This document shows, piece after piece, positions 18,959 through 28,544 of a stretch of 35,537 bases of DNA. The notes beneath the pieces were generated by a model. That model worked only from the letters and a program-made list of their open reading frames with translations. It had not been told where the DNA came from and did not search any database. Source of the DNA: an uncultured Bacteroidota bacterium (GTDB taxonomy: Bacteria > Bacteroidota > Bacteroidia > UBA4408); NCBI GenBank assembly GCA_903842515.1, contig CAIMMJ010000042.1:1-35537 (forward strand), read 5' to 3'. Numbering within the stretch: position 1 is the stretch's first letter; every line of letters starts with the position of its first letter. A program made the translations under genes and the position numbers.

Positions 18959-19948
18959 ATGTTTGACAAAATATTTTTTGAAGGGGACATTAAAAACTCT
19001 TCATTTTTAATTACCGGAGGAGCAGGATTCATTGGGTCTAACCTTGCCGAATATCTTTTAAAATATGGTGCAGGAAAAGTTAGAGTTTTTGATAATTTGT
19101 CCACCGGTTTTTATGAAAACATTGAGGGCTTTGTTTCTCTTCCTAATTTTGAATTTGTAAATGGAGACATTCAAAATGTTGACGAATGCCATAATGCCTG
19201 CCAAGGAATTGATTATGTTTTGCACCAGGCAGCCTTAGGCTCCGTGCCCAGAAGCATAGAAAATCCAATTGCTACTAACGGTTCTAACATTGACGGTTTT
19301 TTGAACATGTTGGTGGCGGCAAAAGATTCAAAGGTTAAAAGATTTGTGTATGCAAGTTCCTCATCGGTGTATGGCGATAGTCCTATTTTACCAAAAAGTG
19401 AAAATCAAATTGGTGCCCCACTTTCACCGTATGCCGTAACAAAATATGTGAATGAGTTGTATGCGGGAGTTTTTTATAAAACCTACGGTTTAGAAGTAAT
19501 TGGGCTAAGGTATTTTAATATTTTTGGACCACGACAAAATCCTAAAGGTGCTTATGCTGCTGCTATTCCATTGTTTATGGATGCCATTTTAAGCAATGAA
19601 TCACCTTACATTAATGGAGATGGGGAGCAATCTAGAGATTTTACTTTTGTAGAAAATGCTGTTCAGGCTAATATAAAAGCACTTTACACCAAAGACCCAT
19701 TAGCAATAGGCGAAGTATTTAATATTGCTTGTGGAGATAGAATTACAATTAATCAATTGTTTCAGATGCTAAAAGATTATTCTAATTCTTCTGTAAATGC
19801 AGCGTATAGAGAGCCAAGAGCAGGTGACATAAAAGACTCTTTGGCGGATATTTCACGTGCTAACAAAATGCTTGGATATTCTCCAGAATTTGAGGTTAGA
19901 AAAGGATTACAGATAACGCTTGATTGGTTTAAAAATAAATTTTATTAA
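18959..19948 (+). CDS. SDR-family NAD-dependent sugar-nucleotide epimerase (WbpP/TviC-like UDP-GlcNAc 4-epimerase family, tentative)
   Basis: [19 protein letters not shown], and the SPYAVTKYVNE catalytic YxxxK. Confidence 0.8.
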   Translation: MFDKIFFEGDIKNSSFLITGGAGFIGSNLAEYLLKYGAGKVRVFDNLSTGFYENIEGFVSLPNFEFVNGDIQNVDECHNACQGIDYVLHQAALGSVPRSIENPIATNGSNIDGFLNMLVAAKDSKVKRFVYASSSSVYGDSPILPKSENQIGAPLSPYAVTKYVNELYAGVFYKTYGLEVIGLRYFNIFGPRQNPKGAYAAAIPLFMDAILSNESPYINGDGEQSRDFTFVENAVQANIKALYTKDPLAIGEVFNIACGDRITINQLFQMLKDYSNSSVNAAYREPRAGDIKDSLADISRANKMLGYSPEFEVRKGLQITLDWFKNKFY

Positions 19949-19949
19949 A

Positions 19950-20705
19950 TTGAATTTCTTCAAGAATCTATTTTCGGGAAAAGAAAAAAGGGAAGAATCG
20001 CTTATCAAAGATTTTTCAGAAATTGGCATTGATATGCACTCCCATTTTATTCCAGGTATTGATGATGGAGCCGCAACAATTCAAGACTCAATTGATTTAA
20101 TTAGAAAAATGGTGGATTTTGGTTATAAAAAAATTTATACCACGCCACACATCATGTCTGATTATTATAAAAACACACCCGAAATAATTTTAAGTGGTTT
20201 AGAACAAGTGAGAGAGGCCATTAAACAAAATGGAATTCCTGTTGAGCTTTATGCAGCAGCAGAATATTACTGTGACTTTGAATTTTCCAGCAAAATTGGC
20301 AAAGAGAAACTATTAACTTTTGGCGACAATTATATCTTGTTTGAAGTTTCTTATTTAAATGCTCCAGAAAACATTAGTGATGTTATTTTTATGCTCCAAT
20401 CCAATGGTTACAGACCGGTTTTGGCTCATCCCGAACGTTATCCTTACTGGTTCAGTAATTATAAAATCTATTCTGAGTTAAAAAATAAAGGGGCTTTGCT
20501 TCAACTAAATATAAATTCACTTACAGGTTATTATTCCCCTGCAACAAAAAAGATTGGAGAAAAATTAATTGCAGATAATCTTATTGATTTTATTGGCAGC
20601 GATTGCCACCATTCTGGCCACATAAACTTAATGCACCAAGCGTTAAAAAACCCTTACCTAAAAACACTTTTGGAATCTGGTAATTTAAAAAATAAGTTTC
20701 TGTAA
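19950..20705 (+). CDS. CpsB/YwqE-type PHP-domain protein-tyrosine phosphatase (capsule/EPS regulation)
   Basis: The DMHSHFIPGIDDGA motif and later His clusters (AHPERY, GSDCHH). I placed the start at TTG 19950, just after the upstream stop. The ORF track's TTG 19920 would overlap the upstream gene by 29 nt. The start is uncertain. Confidence 0.75.
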   Translation: MNFFKNLFSGKEKREESLIKDFSEIGIDMHSHFIPGIDDGAATIQDSIDLIRKMVDFGYKKIYTTPHIMSDYYKNTPEIILSGLEQVREAIKQNGIPVELYAAAEYYCDFEFSSKIGKEKLLTFGDNYILFEVSYLNAPENISDVIFMLQSNGYRPVLAHPERYPYWFSNYKIYSELKNKGALLQLNINSLTGYYSPATKKIGEKLIADNLIDFIGSDCHHSGHINLMHQALKNPYLKTLLESGNLKNKFL

Positions 20706-20707
20706 TT

Positions 20708-21226
20708 TTATTCTTCTTTTAACCAGCTGGAATACATCAAATAATTATTGGCAATTCTATTTATTTCGCCTTCAATTAATTTTTGGTCTACTTTCTTTAC
20801 AAATTTGGCCGGCACTCCTGCGTAAATACTTCCAGCTTCAACAACTGTGTTTTCTAACAACACTGCTCCAGCGGCAATAATACTGTTGCTACCCACCACA
20901 CAATTATCCATTACTATGGCTCCCATGCCCACTAAAACATTGTTGTGCAAGGTGCAGCCATGAACAATAGCATTGTGCCCTATTGAAACGTTATCGCCAA
21001 TAACTGTTTTTGTTTTTTGATAAGTGCAATGTATAACTGCCCCGTCTTGAACATTAACTTTATTTCCCATTTTAATGGAATTTACATCACCTCTTACCAC
21101 CGCATTAAACCAAACACTGCATTCGTCACCCATTTCTACATCGCCCACTAATGTTGAGTTTTCTGCAAAGTAACAATTAGCGCCATGTTTGGGGAATACT
21201 CCTTTTATTGATTTTATAAGTGCCAT
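20708..21226 (-). CDS. Gamma-carbonic-anhydrase-like / left-handed beta-helix (hexapeptide repeat) protein
   Basis: Hexapeptide repeats throughout, and the SVWFNAVVRGDVNSIKMGNKVNVQDGAVIH pattern typical of YrdA/PaaY-like proteins. Confidence 0.85.
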   Translation of the reverse strand: MALIKSIKGVFPKHGANCYFAENSTLVGDVEMGDECSVWFNAVVRGDVNSIKMGNKVNVQDGAVIHCTYQKTKTVIGDNVSIGHNAIVHGCTLHNNVLVGMGAIVMDNCVVGSNSIIAAGAVLLENTVVEAGSIYAGVPAKFVKKVDQKLIEGEINRIANNYLMYSSWLKEE

Positions 21227-21250
21227 ATATTTATTTGGTGGTTTTGAAAA

Positions 21251-21286
21251 TAAAACAAAAAAGCTGCCTTTTTCAAGACAGCTTTT
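21251..21286 (-). terminator. Intrinsic terminator downstream of tsf
   Basis: On the minus strand: AAAAGCTGTC-ttgaaaaa-GGCAGCTTTT (10-bp stem including one G-U pair), followed by a T-rich tail (TTGTTTTA). It lies about 20 nt after the tsf stop. Confidence 0.55.
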
Positions 21287-21307
21287 CTACTACAATTTAT
21301 AAAAAAA

Positions 21308-22141
21308 TTAAACTAATGAAACTCTTTTGAAATCTGTAATTGCTAAATCTTTGTCAATACTTTTTACATATTGATTTACTGTCATTTTATTGTCTTTGAT
21401 GTATTCTTGATTGAGCAAGGTACTTTCTTTGTAAAATTTTTGAATTTTACCTTGAGCAATTTTTTCTAACATTTCTTCTGGTTTTCCTTCTTGACGTGCT
21501 TGATCTTTTGCAATTTCTACTTCTCTTTCTAAAGTTGAGGCATCTACATCGCCCTTGTCTAAAGCAACAGGAGCCATTGCAGCGGCTTGCATAGCCACAT
21601 TTTTTGCAACTTCTTCGCTAACATTTGCCTGATTAAATCCTACAATTGTTGCCAATTTATTTCCCGGGTGAATGTATGAATAAACGTATTCGGCATTAAC
21701 TGTTTCGTACCTACTCAATTCTATTTTCTCGCCAATTTTTGCAACGTAATCTAATATTCTATCAGAAATTTTAATTCCATCTATTGCATTTTCTTTTAAT
21801 TCGTCAATGCTAGAAGGGTTAGTAGAATTTGCCGTTTCTAAAATAGAATTTGCAAATGAACCAAAGTCTGCATTAATGGCAACAAAATCCGTTTCGCAGT
21901 TTAGGCAAATAATTGTTCCTCTTTTTTTGTCGGCAGTAACTTTCGCAATTACTTGTCCTTCTTTTGCATCTCTATCTCCACGGTTTGCTGCAACTTTTTG
22001 TCCTTTTTTTCTAAGGTAGTCTATAGCTTTTTCAAAATCTCCGCCACTTTCTGTTAATGCTTTTTTGCAGTCCATCATACCCGCTCCGGTAGTGGATCTT
22101 AATTTGTTTACATCTGCTGCTGTAATTGTTACTGTTGTCAT
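21308..22141 (-). CDS. tsf: Translation elongation factor Ts
   Basis: N-terminal UBA-like motif VNKLRSTTGAGMMDCKKALTESGGDFEKAIDYLRKKG, and conserved position after rpsB. Confidence 0.95.
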   Translation of the reverse strand: MTTVTITAADVNKLRSTTGAGMMDCKKALTESGGDFEKAIDYLRKKGQKVAANRGDRDAKEGQVIAKVTADKKRGTIICLNCETDFVAINADFGSFANSILETANSTNPSSIDELKENAIDGIKISDRILDYVAKIGEKIELSRYETVNAEYVYSYIHPGNKLATIVGFNQANVSEEVAKNVAMQAAAMAPVALDKGDVDASTLEREVEIAKDQARQEGKPEEMLEKIAQGKIQKFYKESTLLNQEYIKDNKMTVNQYVKSIDKDLAITDFKRVSLV

Positions 22142-22172
22142 ATTTATTTTTTTGAAATATTTTTATTGATTA

Positions 22173-22216
22173 AAAAAAAATCCAAAATCGTTTTTTAGAC
22201 TTTGGATTTTTTCCAT
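22173..22216 (-). terminator. Hairpin plus U-tract between rpsB and tsf (terminator/attenuator)
   Basis: AAATCCAAA (22179-22187) pairs with TTTGGATTT (22202-22210). It is flanked by an A-run on the plus strand (a U-run on the minus-strand transcript) and a T-run on the other side. Confidence 0.5.
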
Positions 22217-22233
22217 AGGTTTAAAACCCAATA

Positions 22234-23067
22234 TTATGCTTTTCTTGCTCTTTTTGGAGCTCCTTCGGCAGAAACTCTTTTTGGTTTTCTTCCTTCTTCC
22301 TCAGCTTCAGCTAAAAGTTTTGCTGCTTTTAATTCTATTTCAGAACCTTCCTTTTCTTCTGTTTCTTTTTCTTTGTCAACTTTTCTTTCCGACAATCCTT
22401 CTTGCATTGCAGAAGTGATTACATTCAAAATTAGTTGAACAGATTTTGTTGCATCATCATTTGCAGGAATAGCGTAATCTATTAAATTGGGATTTGAGTT
22501 GGTATCTACAATTCCAAAAGTTGGTATTCCAAGTCTTTTTGCTTCGGCAACTGCAATGTGTTCTTTGTGAATATCTACAATAAACAGTGCAGCAGGCAAA
22601 CGAGTAAGGTCGGCAATGCTACCCAAAGTTTTTTCTAATTTTTCTCTTTCTCTTGTGATAAGTAATTTCTCTCTTTTTGCAATTACATCAAAAGTACCGT
22701 CAGTTGCCATTTTATCAATTAACGACATTTTTTTAATTGCCTTACGAATAGTTGCAAAGTTGGTTAGCATTCCACCCGGCCATCTTTCAGTAACATAAGG
22801 CATATTTATGTTTTGAACTGTATTGGCAACAATATCTTTTGCTTGTTTTTTGGTTGCAACAAACAAGACTTTTTTTCCAGACTTTGCAATTTGCTTTAAA
22901 GCTTCTGCAGCTTCGTCTAACTTAACTAAAGTCTTATTAAGATCTATAATATGAATTCCATTTTTCTCCATAAAAATGTAAGGAGCCATGTTTGGATTCC
23001 ATTTTCTTTTAAGGTGACCAAAGTGAACACCTGCTTCAAGAAGATCGTTATAATTTGTTCTAGACAT
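22234..23067 (-). CDS. rpsB: 30S ribosomal protein S2 (with a K/E-rich C-terminal extension)
   Basis: LLEAGVHFGHLKRKWNPNMAPYIF and the conserved core. The tail is KEKETEEKEG...PKRARKA. Confidence 0.95.
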   Translation of the reverse strand: MSRTNYNDLLEAGVHFGHLKRKWNPNMAPYIFMEKNGIHIIDLNKTLVKLDEAAEALKQIAKSGKKVLFVATKKQAKDIVANTVQNINMPYVTERWPGGMLTNFATIRKAIKKMSLIDKMATDGTFDVIAKREKLLITREREKLEKTLGSIADLTRLPAALFIVDIHKEHIAVAEAKRLGIPTFGIVDTNSNPNLIDYAIPANDDATKSVQLILNVITSAMQEGLSERKVDKEKETEEKEGSEIELKAAKLLAEAEEEGRKPKRVSAEGAPKRARKA

Positions 23068-23097
23068 GTAATTTTTTTTATTGGTAATGAATAATGA

Positions 23098-23484
23098 TTA
23101 ACGTTTACTGAATTGGAATCTCTTTCTTGCTTTCTTTTGACCAGGTTTTTTTCTTTCTACCATTCTTGGATCTCTTGTTAGCAATCCTGCTGGTTTAAGC
23201 ATTGGACGGTAGTCGGCAGAAATTTCACACAATGCTTTTGAAATACCTAATCTTACGGCTTCGGCTTGACCTTTAAAACCACCACCCGCAACATTTACTT
23301 TTACGTCGTATTGGTTTTGGTTATTGGTAACTTCAAACGCTTGCGTTACTATGTAGTGAAGAATTCCTGTAGCGAAATATTCTTTGTAATCGCGGTCGTT
23401 TACCGTTATTTTTCCACTGCCTTTTTTTAGATATACTCTAGCAACAGCTGTTTTTCTTCTTCCGGATGTATTGGTTAATTCCAT
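23098..23484 (-). CDS. rpsI: 30S ribosomal protein S9
   Basis: GRRKTAVARV...GGGFKGQAEAVRLGISKAL...RDPRMVERKKPGQKKARKRFQFSKR. Confidence 0.95.
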   Translation of the reverse strand: MELTNTSGRRKTAVARVYLKKGSGKITVNDRDYKEYFATGILHYIVTQAFEVTNNQNQYDVKVNVAGGGFKGQAEAVRLGISKALCEISADYRPMLKPAGLLTRDPRMVERKKPGQKKARKRFQFSKR

Positions 23485-23492
23485 TTATTTTA

Positions 23493-23948
23493 TTACTTCA
23501 ATGAATTAATATTAATTTGCTTTGGTTGTTGTGCTTCGTGCGGATGCTGAGTTCCTGCATAAACAAAAAGGTTGCCATTGATTGCTCTTCCTAATTTGTT
23601 TTTAGGCAACATTCCTTTAACAGCCATTTTAATTATTCTTTCGGGATGTTTGTTTAGCAACTCTTTTGGAGAAGTAAATCTTTGTCCACCTGGATAACCG
23701 GTGTGGCGAGTATACACTTTTGCATCTACTTTAGAGCCAGTAAGAACAACCTTTTCTGCGTTAATAATAACGATGTTGTCTCCACAATCTACGTGTGGTG
23801 TAAAGTTTGTTTTATACTTGCCTCTTACAAGTTTTGCTACTTTTGTTGCTAGTCTTCCTAACACTTCGTTTTCTGCATCTATCAAAAGCCACTCTTTATT
23901 AACGGTTGCTTTGTTTGCCGAAACTGTTTTATAACTTAATGTATCCAC
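23493..23948 (-). CDS. rplM: 50S ribosomal protein L13
   Basis: KEWLLIDAENEVLGRLATKVAKLVRGK...HTGYPGG. GTG start at 23948. Confidence 0.95.
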   Translation of the reverse strand: MDTLSYKTVSANKATVNKEWLLIDAENEVLGRLATKVAKLVRGKYKTNFTPHVDCGDNIVIINAEKVVLTGSKVDAKVYTRHTGYPGGQRFTSPKELLNKHPERIIKMAVKGMLPKNKLGRAINGNLFVYAGTQHPHEAQQPKQININSLK

Positions 23949-24150
23949 CTGATATCTAATTAATTAATCACTTTTTTATACTTTCCCTTTTGTTTTAAGG
24001 GCTGCAAATGTAAAAACAATTTTATTTTATTCAAAATTATCAACACTATTTTTTTAAAATCCTTTAATTCTTTGATTTAAGTTGTTCAAAACAATTAAAC
24101 TCGCAACAAAAATCAACAAAGTGTATTTTTAACACTATAAATACAAAAAC

Positions 24151-24580
24151 ATGGAATTAATAGATCTTTTTGATGAAAATGGACATAAGATAAGTCCGGG
24201 GCTGCCTGCACACATCACCAATTACTTAATTGATATAGATGGAACTGTTTGTGAAGATATTCCTAACGAAGAGCCCGAGAGAATGCTTACAGCAGAATTA
24301 ATTCCCGGCGCTTTGGATATGATTAATAAGTGGTACGATGAAGGGAACATTATAACTTTTTTTACCTCAAGGCTAGATCTACATAGAGAGTATACAGAAA
24401 AATGGTTAGCAGTAAATAATTTTAAACACCATGCCATCATCTTTAATAAACCTCGTGGTGGCAATTATCATTGGATTGATGATAGGGTTTGTTAAAGCCA
24501 CAAAGTTTAAAGGTAAGTTTACCGATTTTGTAAAAAAAGAAAAGACCATTTGGGTGTTTGAGGACCGCAAAAAGGATTAA
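24151..24580 (+). pseudogene. Small HAD-like phosphatase-fold gene interrupted by a 1-nt frameshift (or a sequencing error)
   Basis: Frame 1 reads ...LIDIDGTVCEDIP...FFTSR...KPRGGNYHWIDDRVC* and stops at 24493-24495. The frame one base further along continues without a stop as (V)KATKFKGKFTDFVKKEKTIWVFEDRKKD* to 24580. Removing one T from the TTT at 24488-24490 joins the two frames. Confidence 0.55.
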
Positions 24581-24676
24581 ACTTCTCTATTTAGGCCATT
24601 TGTCCATTTTAAATATTACACGGCAGCCGTAAATAATTTTTTATATTTTTATTCTTATTAATTAAGTGAACGCAAT

Positions 24677-25939
24677 ATGAATAAGAGAAACTTTCTAAAA
24701 AACTCAGCACTGCTGGGAGTTGCTTCGGCAATAGGAATACCTTCATTTTCTAAAATACTAGAAAATTCTAAACACATTCCAGAAGATGAATTGGCACAAG
24801 ACGATACGTTCTGGAATTCTATAAGAGGCGGATACAAACTAAAACCAGATTACATTAATTTGGAAAACGGTTACTACAATTTTATGCCAACAGAAATTCT
24901 AGAAAAATATATTGAACATGTAAAAGAAATAAATTATCAAGGTTCTTTTTATTTGCGAACGGTTCAATTTGACAACAAAAAAAGAATTGCTGCAAAATTA
25001 TCAGAGATGCTTGGATGCAAAGATGATGAATTGATAATTACCAGAAACACCACAGAATCTTTAGACATGGTAATTGCCGGACAAAACTGGCAACAGGGAG
25101 ATGAAGCCGTTATGGCTGAACAAGATTACGGAGCTATGTTGGACATGTTTAAACAAATTTCTAAACGGTATGGAACAGTTAATAAAATTATTTCTGTTCC
25201 TAATCACCCAAAATCCGACGAGGAAATTGTGGAACTTTATTCCAATGCCATTACACCCAAAACAAAATTATTAATGGTTTGCCATGTTATAAATATTACT
25301 GGTCAAATTTTACCCGTGAAAAAGATATGTGAAATGGCAAAAAGCAAAAACGTAAAAGTTATGGTGGATGGAGCTCATGCTTTTGCTCACATAAAATTTA
25401 ATCTACCAGATATTAATTGCGATTACTACGGTTGTAGTTTACACAAATGGCTTAGTGCTCCTCTAGGAGCCGGTATTTTGTATGTGCGAAAGGAAGAAAT
25501 AAAAAATATCTGGCCAATTTTTGCGGAGGCAGAAAAAGACATGAACGATATTTTACGCTTAAACCATACAGGCACCATTCCTGTGCATGTAGATTTGGGC
25601 ATTGAAAACGCCATAAACTACTACACTACCATTGGCATAGATAGAAAAGAAGCCCGGTTGCGTTTTTTGCAAAATTATTGGACCAGTAGAGTAAGAGAAT
25701 TACCAAATGTTGTTTTAAATACCCCCAAAGAAAAGAATAGAGCTTGCGCTATTGCAAATGTGGGTATTAAAAATATTAAACCTTCGGAATTGTGTAAAAC
25801 GTTATTAGATAAGTATAAAATATTTACAGTGGCAATAGATTATGCCGGAGTTCAGGGCTGCCGAATTACACCAAATATTTACACCAGCACTAAAGAATTA
25901 GATTTATTGGTGAAGGCAATAAAAGAAATGGTGGCATAA
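24677..25939 (+). CDS. Class V aminotransferase-fold PLP enzyme with a Tat-type signal peptide (cysteine desulfurase / isopenicillin-N-epimerase-like)
   Basis: N-terminus MNKRNFLKNSALLGVASAIG (KR-NFLK Tat-like motif). PLP-lysine context SLHKWLSAPLGAGILYV. Also TRNTTESLDMV and DGAHAF. Confidence 0.85.
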   Translation: MNKRNFLKNSALLGVASAIGIPSFSKILENSKHIPEDELAQDDTFWNSIRGGYKLKPDYINLENGYYNFMPTEILEKYIEHVKEINYQGSFYLRTVQFDNKKRIAAKLSEMLGCKDDELIITRNTTESLDMVIAGQNWQQGDEAVMAEQDYGAMLDMFKQISKRYGTVNKIISVPNHPKSDEEIVELYSNAITPKTKLLMVCHVINITGQILPVKKICEMAKSKNVKVMVDGAHAFAHIKFNLPDINCDYYGCSLHKWLSAPLGAGILYVRKEEIKNIWPIFAEAEKDMNDILRLNHTGTIPVHVDLGIENAINYYTTIGIDRKEARLRFLQNYWTSRVRELPNVVLNTPKEKNRACAIANVGIKNIKPSELCKTLLDKYKIFTVAIDYAGVQGCRITPNIYTSTKELDLLVKAIKEMVA

Positions 25940-26066
25940 ATTAAATTTTACAAAAGTAATTTTTAGCAATATCAGCTCAACTTAAAAAAGAATGTCCTTC
26001 GTATACCTAAATTACGTTACATTAATTTAAAAATAAATCTAACATTTGCACTGCACAATAATAATA

Positions 26067-26864
26067 ATGGACTTAATAGATATACTTAATAATTACGACA
26101 TTATAACATTAACCATATTGGTTGTTTTGTCATTTATTGCAGGTTTTGTAGATGCGGTGGTAGGCGGTGGTGGCCTTATTCAAATTCCAGCACTCCTTAT
26201 TTCTTTTCCTCAAACTGCTCTTCCTACAATTTTTGGAACCAACAAAATTGCATCATTAGCAGGAACAAGTATATCGGCAATAGGTTATTCTAAACGAATA
26301 AATTTTAACTTTAAATTACTTTTTGTTGTTTCAGTTTGCGCTGGACTTTCATCGTTTTTAGGAGCCAAAATAGTTAGTTTTATTAATGTAGAATTTCTTA
26401 AGCCATTTATTCTAGTTGTATTAATTGCCGTTGCTGTTTACACTTTTATTAAAAAGGATTTAGGCTCTGTTCCATCAAAAAATTTATCCTTGAATAAACA
26501 AATTATCTACGGTTCATTATTGGGTTTTGGTGTTGGTTTTTATGATGGATTTTTTGGACCTGGAACAGGCAGTTTTTTTGTATTAGGTTTTGTTGTTCTG
26601 TTGGGCTTTGAATTTGTTCATGCCTCAGCCTATGCCAAAGTAATAAATTGCATGACTAATATTTCGGCATTAATGGTTTTTATAAAACAAGGTAATTATT
26701 TGTTAGAACTTGCGATATTAATGTCGGTTTGCAACATAACAGGAAATTTTGTTGGCACTAGACTAGCCTTGAAAAAGGGAAATGCCTTTGTTAGAACAAT
26801 TTTTTTAGTGATTGTAACACTAATGATTTTGAGATATGCTTATGACATATTTATAAAACATTGA
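26067..26864 (+). CDS. TauE/SafE-family anion (sulfite-type) exporter
   Basis: Polytopic protein with the GGGGLIQIPALL motif. I prefer the ATG at 26067 (MDLIDIL...) over the TTG at 26046. Confidence 0.8.
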   Translation: MDLIDILNNYDIITLTILVVLSFIAGFVDAVVGGGGLIQIPALLISFPQTALPTIFGTNKIASLAGTSISAIGYSKRINFNFKLLFVVSVCAGLSSFLGAKIVSFINVEFLKPFILVVLIAVAVYTFIKKDLGSVPSKNLSLNKQIIYGSLLGFGVGFYDGFFGPGTGSFFVLGFVVLLGFEFVHASAYAKVINCMTNISALMVFIKQGNYLLELAILMSVCNITGNFVGTRLALKKGNAFVRTIFLVIVTLMILRYAYDIFIKH

Positions 26865-26930
26865 AACTTTATTAATGAGTAAATAGAGATTTTTGAACAT
26901 GTTGTAATTTGTAAAGGTGCTCTACTCATT

Positions 26931-27175
26931 CTTTAGTCTGGCGCAAAGATAATGGCGTTCGGGACTAAGGACATTTAAATAAAATCTTTATATTTGATTT
27001 ATGTTTGATGGAGGACATAAAAGTAATAATCAGCCCGTAATGGAGGAATAAAAAATTTATTGTGGCGAGAGAGGTTTAATAAAAATAGAAAATGTATGAA
27101 GTCCTAAGTCCTTTGGGTTATTCAATGCTTCATACTAAGGAAAGATGGAGTGGAATAGAAAGCACAAATGCTTAG
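26931..27175 (+). repeat. Intergenic repeat, copy 1 (long form)
   Basis: 26931-27003 aligns without gaps to 28661-28733, and the last 37 nt are identical (aaggacatttaaataaaatctttatatttgatttatg). It then shares ggaggaYataaaa...atagaaaatgtatgaagtc...ttattMaatgcttca with copy 2, but carries an extra segment of about 60 nt (about 27020-27080). It contains a TATATTTG box (26989-26996). Confidence 0.6.
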
Positions 27176-27234
27176 CCTATGAATAAAAACACGAGTGAAA
27201 AACTAATGATGTACCTAAATATATTTTTTTGGTT

Positions 27235-28392
27235 TTATTGAACTATTATTTTTTTTATCAGCACATTTTTCTGTTCCTCAGTTACTTTTACTACATACAT
27301 TCCTTTGCGGAATTGCTGAACATCTAACATGTTTTGATTTCTTGCTTTATAGATTGTTTGTCCCACGTAATTAATTATTTCAATTTCAAAATTTGTACTA
27401 TTTTTTGAAAAAGTTAGATTAAGAAAATCTGTTGCGGGATTTGGAGAAATAAGGAGTGAGTTGATTTCTTTTGCAGTGGAGCTAGAACTTAAATTACAAT
27501 TAAGAAGGTTTATGTTTTGATGAATATCTAAAAACTGCTTAAGAACTGACACCAATGAATCGGAAAACAATTTGCGGTTAGAATAATTATCACGAACATT
27601 GGCATAGTTGCATTCTATTTGCAGGCCATTAACGGTGTTGCCTACTGAATAACTTGTATGGTTTGCTGTATTGTAACCACCACTGTAATAATTGTCTGTT
27701 GTTTCTGGAAATGGTATTTGTTGGCTGGGAACTGATGGATAACCAGCATTGCCAAACAAAGTTCCTAAGGCAAAATTACCTCTTAATAATTCTGCATGAC
27801 TATATCCATTTGAATTAGTTGCAACTAAATTTTGAATTGAGCTGTAATCAATGTATTGGTTGGTGTTTAATACACTGTCGGCCAAAACCAATTCATTGTC
27901 GTATAATAAGTATCCTAACTCAAGTCTCTGAATTAGGTTCCCGTGACCATGCAGGTCAATATAAAATGCTTTCCCTCCAAATACATTTTGAGCCCTGGCT
28001 TGGGCGGTATCAATAAAATTATTGAATTCGTTCCATGCATTTGCTGCTATTGGATTTCCACAAGCTCCATCGGCAATATTTCTGTTGCAATCTAATTTAG
28101 ACCTGTGTAAATTGCAATAAATAATGTAAGGATGACATCCAGTAGCAGTTACAAAAGCGGTATCAATTTGTTGAGCCAGTTCAATTGTATTTGCATCTGA
28201 AACTAGAACGGCGCTATTGCAAGTGCGGTTGGGAATATCTGAAGGAAGGAGATTACCGCCATGAGGCACTGAAATAATTATTGGCAGATTCCCTGAATGG
28301 TACTCTGTATAGTTATTGACGCCATAAATAATTTGGGAATAACTTTGTAAACAATAAATTAAAGCTAATGCTAAGAATATTATTTTTTGCAC
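27235..28392 (-). CDS. T9SS-secreted protein: N-terminal N-formylglutamate-amidohydrolase-like / zinc-hydrolase-like domain (tentative) plus a Por C-terminal sorting domain
   Basis: Signal peptide (GTG start) MQKIIFLALALIYCLQSYSQ. PIIISVPHGGNLLPSDIP and YIDLHGHG motifs. C-terminal ISPNPATDFLNLTF...GMYVVKV...KKIIVQ is typical of T9SS CTDs. Confidence 0.8.
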   Translation of the reverse strand: MQKIIFLALALIYCLQSYSQIIYGVNNYTEYHSGNLPIIISVPHGGNLLPSDIPNRTCNSAVLVSDANTIELAQQIDTAFVTATGCHPYIIYCNLHRSKLDCNRNIADGACGNPIAANAWNEFNNFIDTAQARAQNVFGGKAFYIDLHGHGNLIQRLELGYLLYDNELVLADSVLNTNQYIDYSSIQNLVATNSNGYSHAELLRGNFALGTLFGNAGYPSVPSQQIPFPETTDNYYSGGYNTANHTSYSVGNTVNGLQIECNYANVRDNYSNRKLFSDSLVSVLKQFLDIHQNINLLNCNLSSSSTAKEINSLLISPNPATDFLNLTFSKNSTNFEIEIINYVGQTIYKARNQNMLDVQQFRKGMYVVKVTEEQKNVLIKKIIVQ

Positions 28393-28421
28393 GAGCTAAA
28401 ATTACTTTTTTTTCTTTGTTT

Positions 28422-28485
28422 TAAATTTGTTTTTGGTTTTTATGACGGAGGCAAAGTGGAATGCAGATTTGCATAGCAGGTATTT
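28422..28485 (+). repeat. Intergenic repeat, partial copy 3
   Basis: TAAATTTG box (28422-28429), then ttatgacggaggcaaagtggaat + ATGCA-gatt-TGCAT + agc. This resembles both the ATG-GGAGG block and the tail (gtggaat...AAGCA-caaa-TGCTT-agc, 27150-27176) of copy 1. Confidence 0.35.
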
Positions 28486-28544
28486 TGAAGTACAAATGTT
28501 TATTAGCCGCGGCTAAAGAATACTAAACTTTATTATACCAAGAT

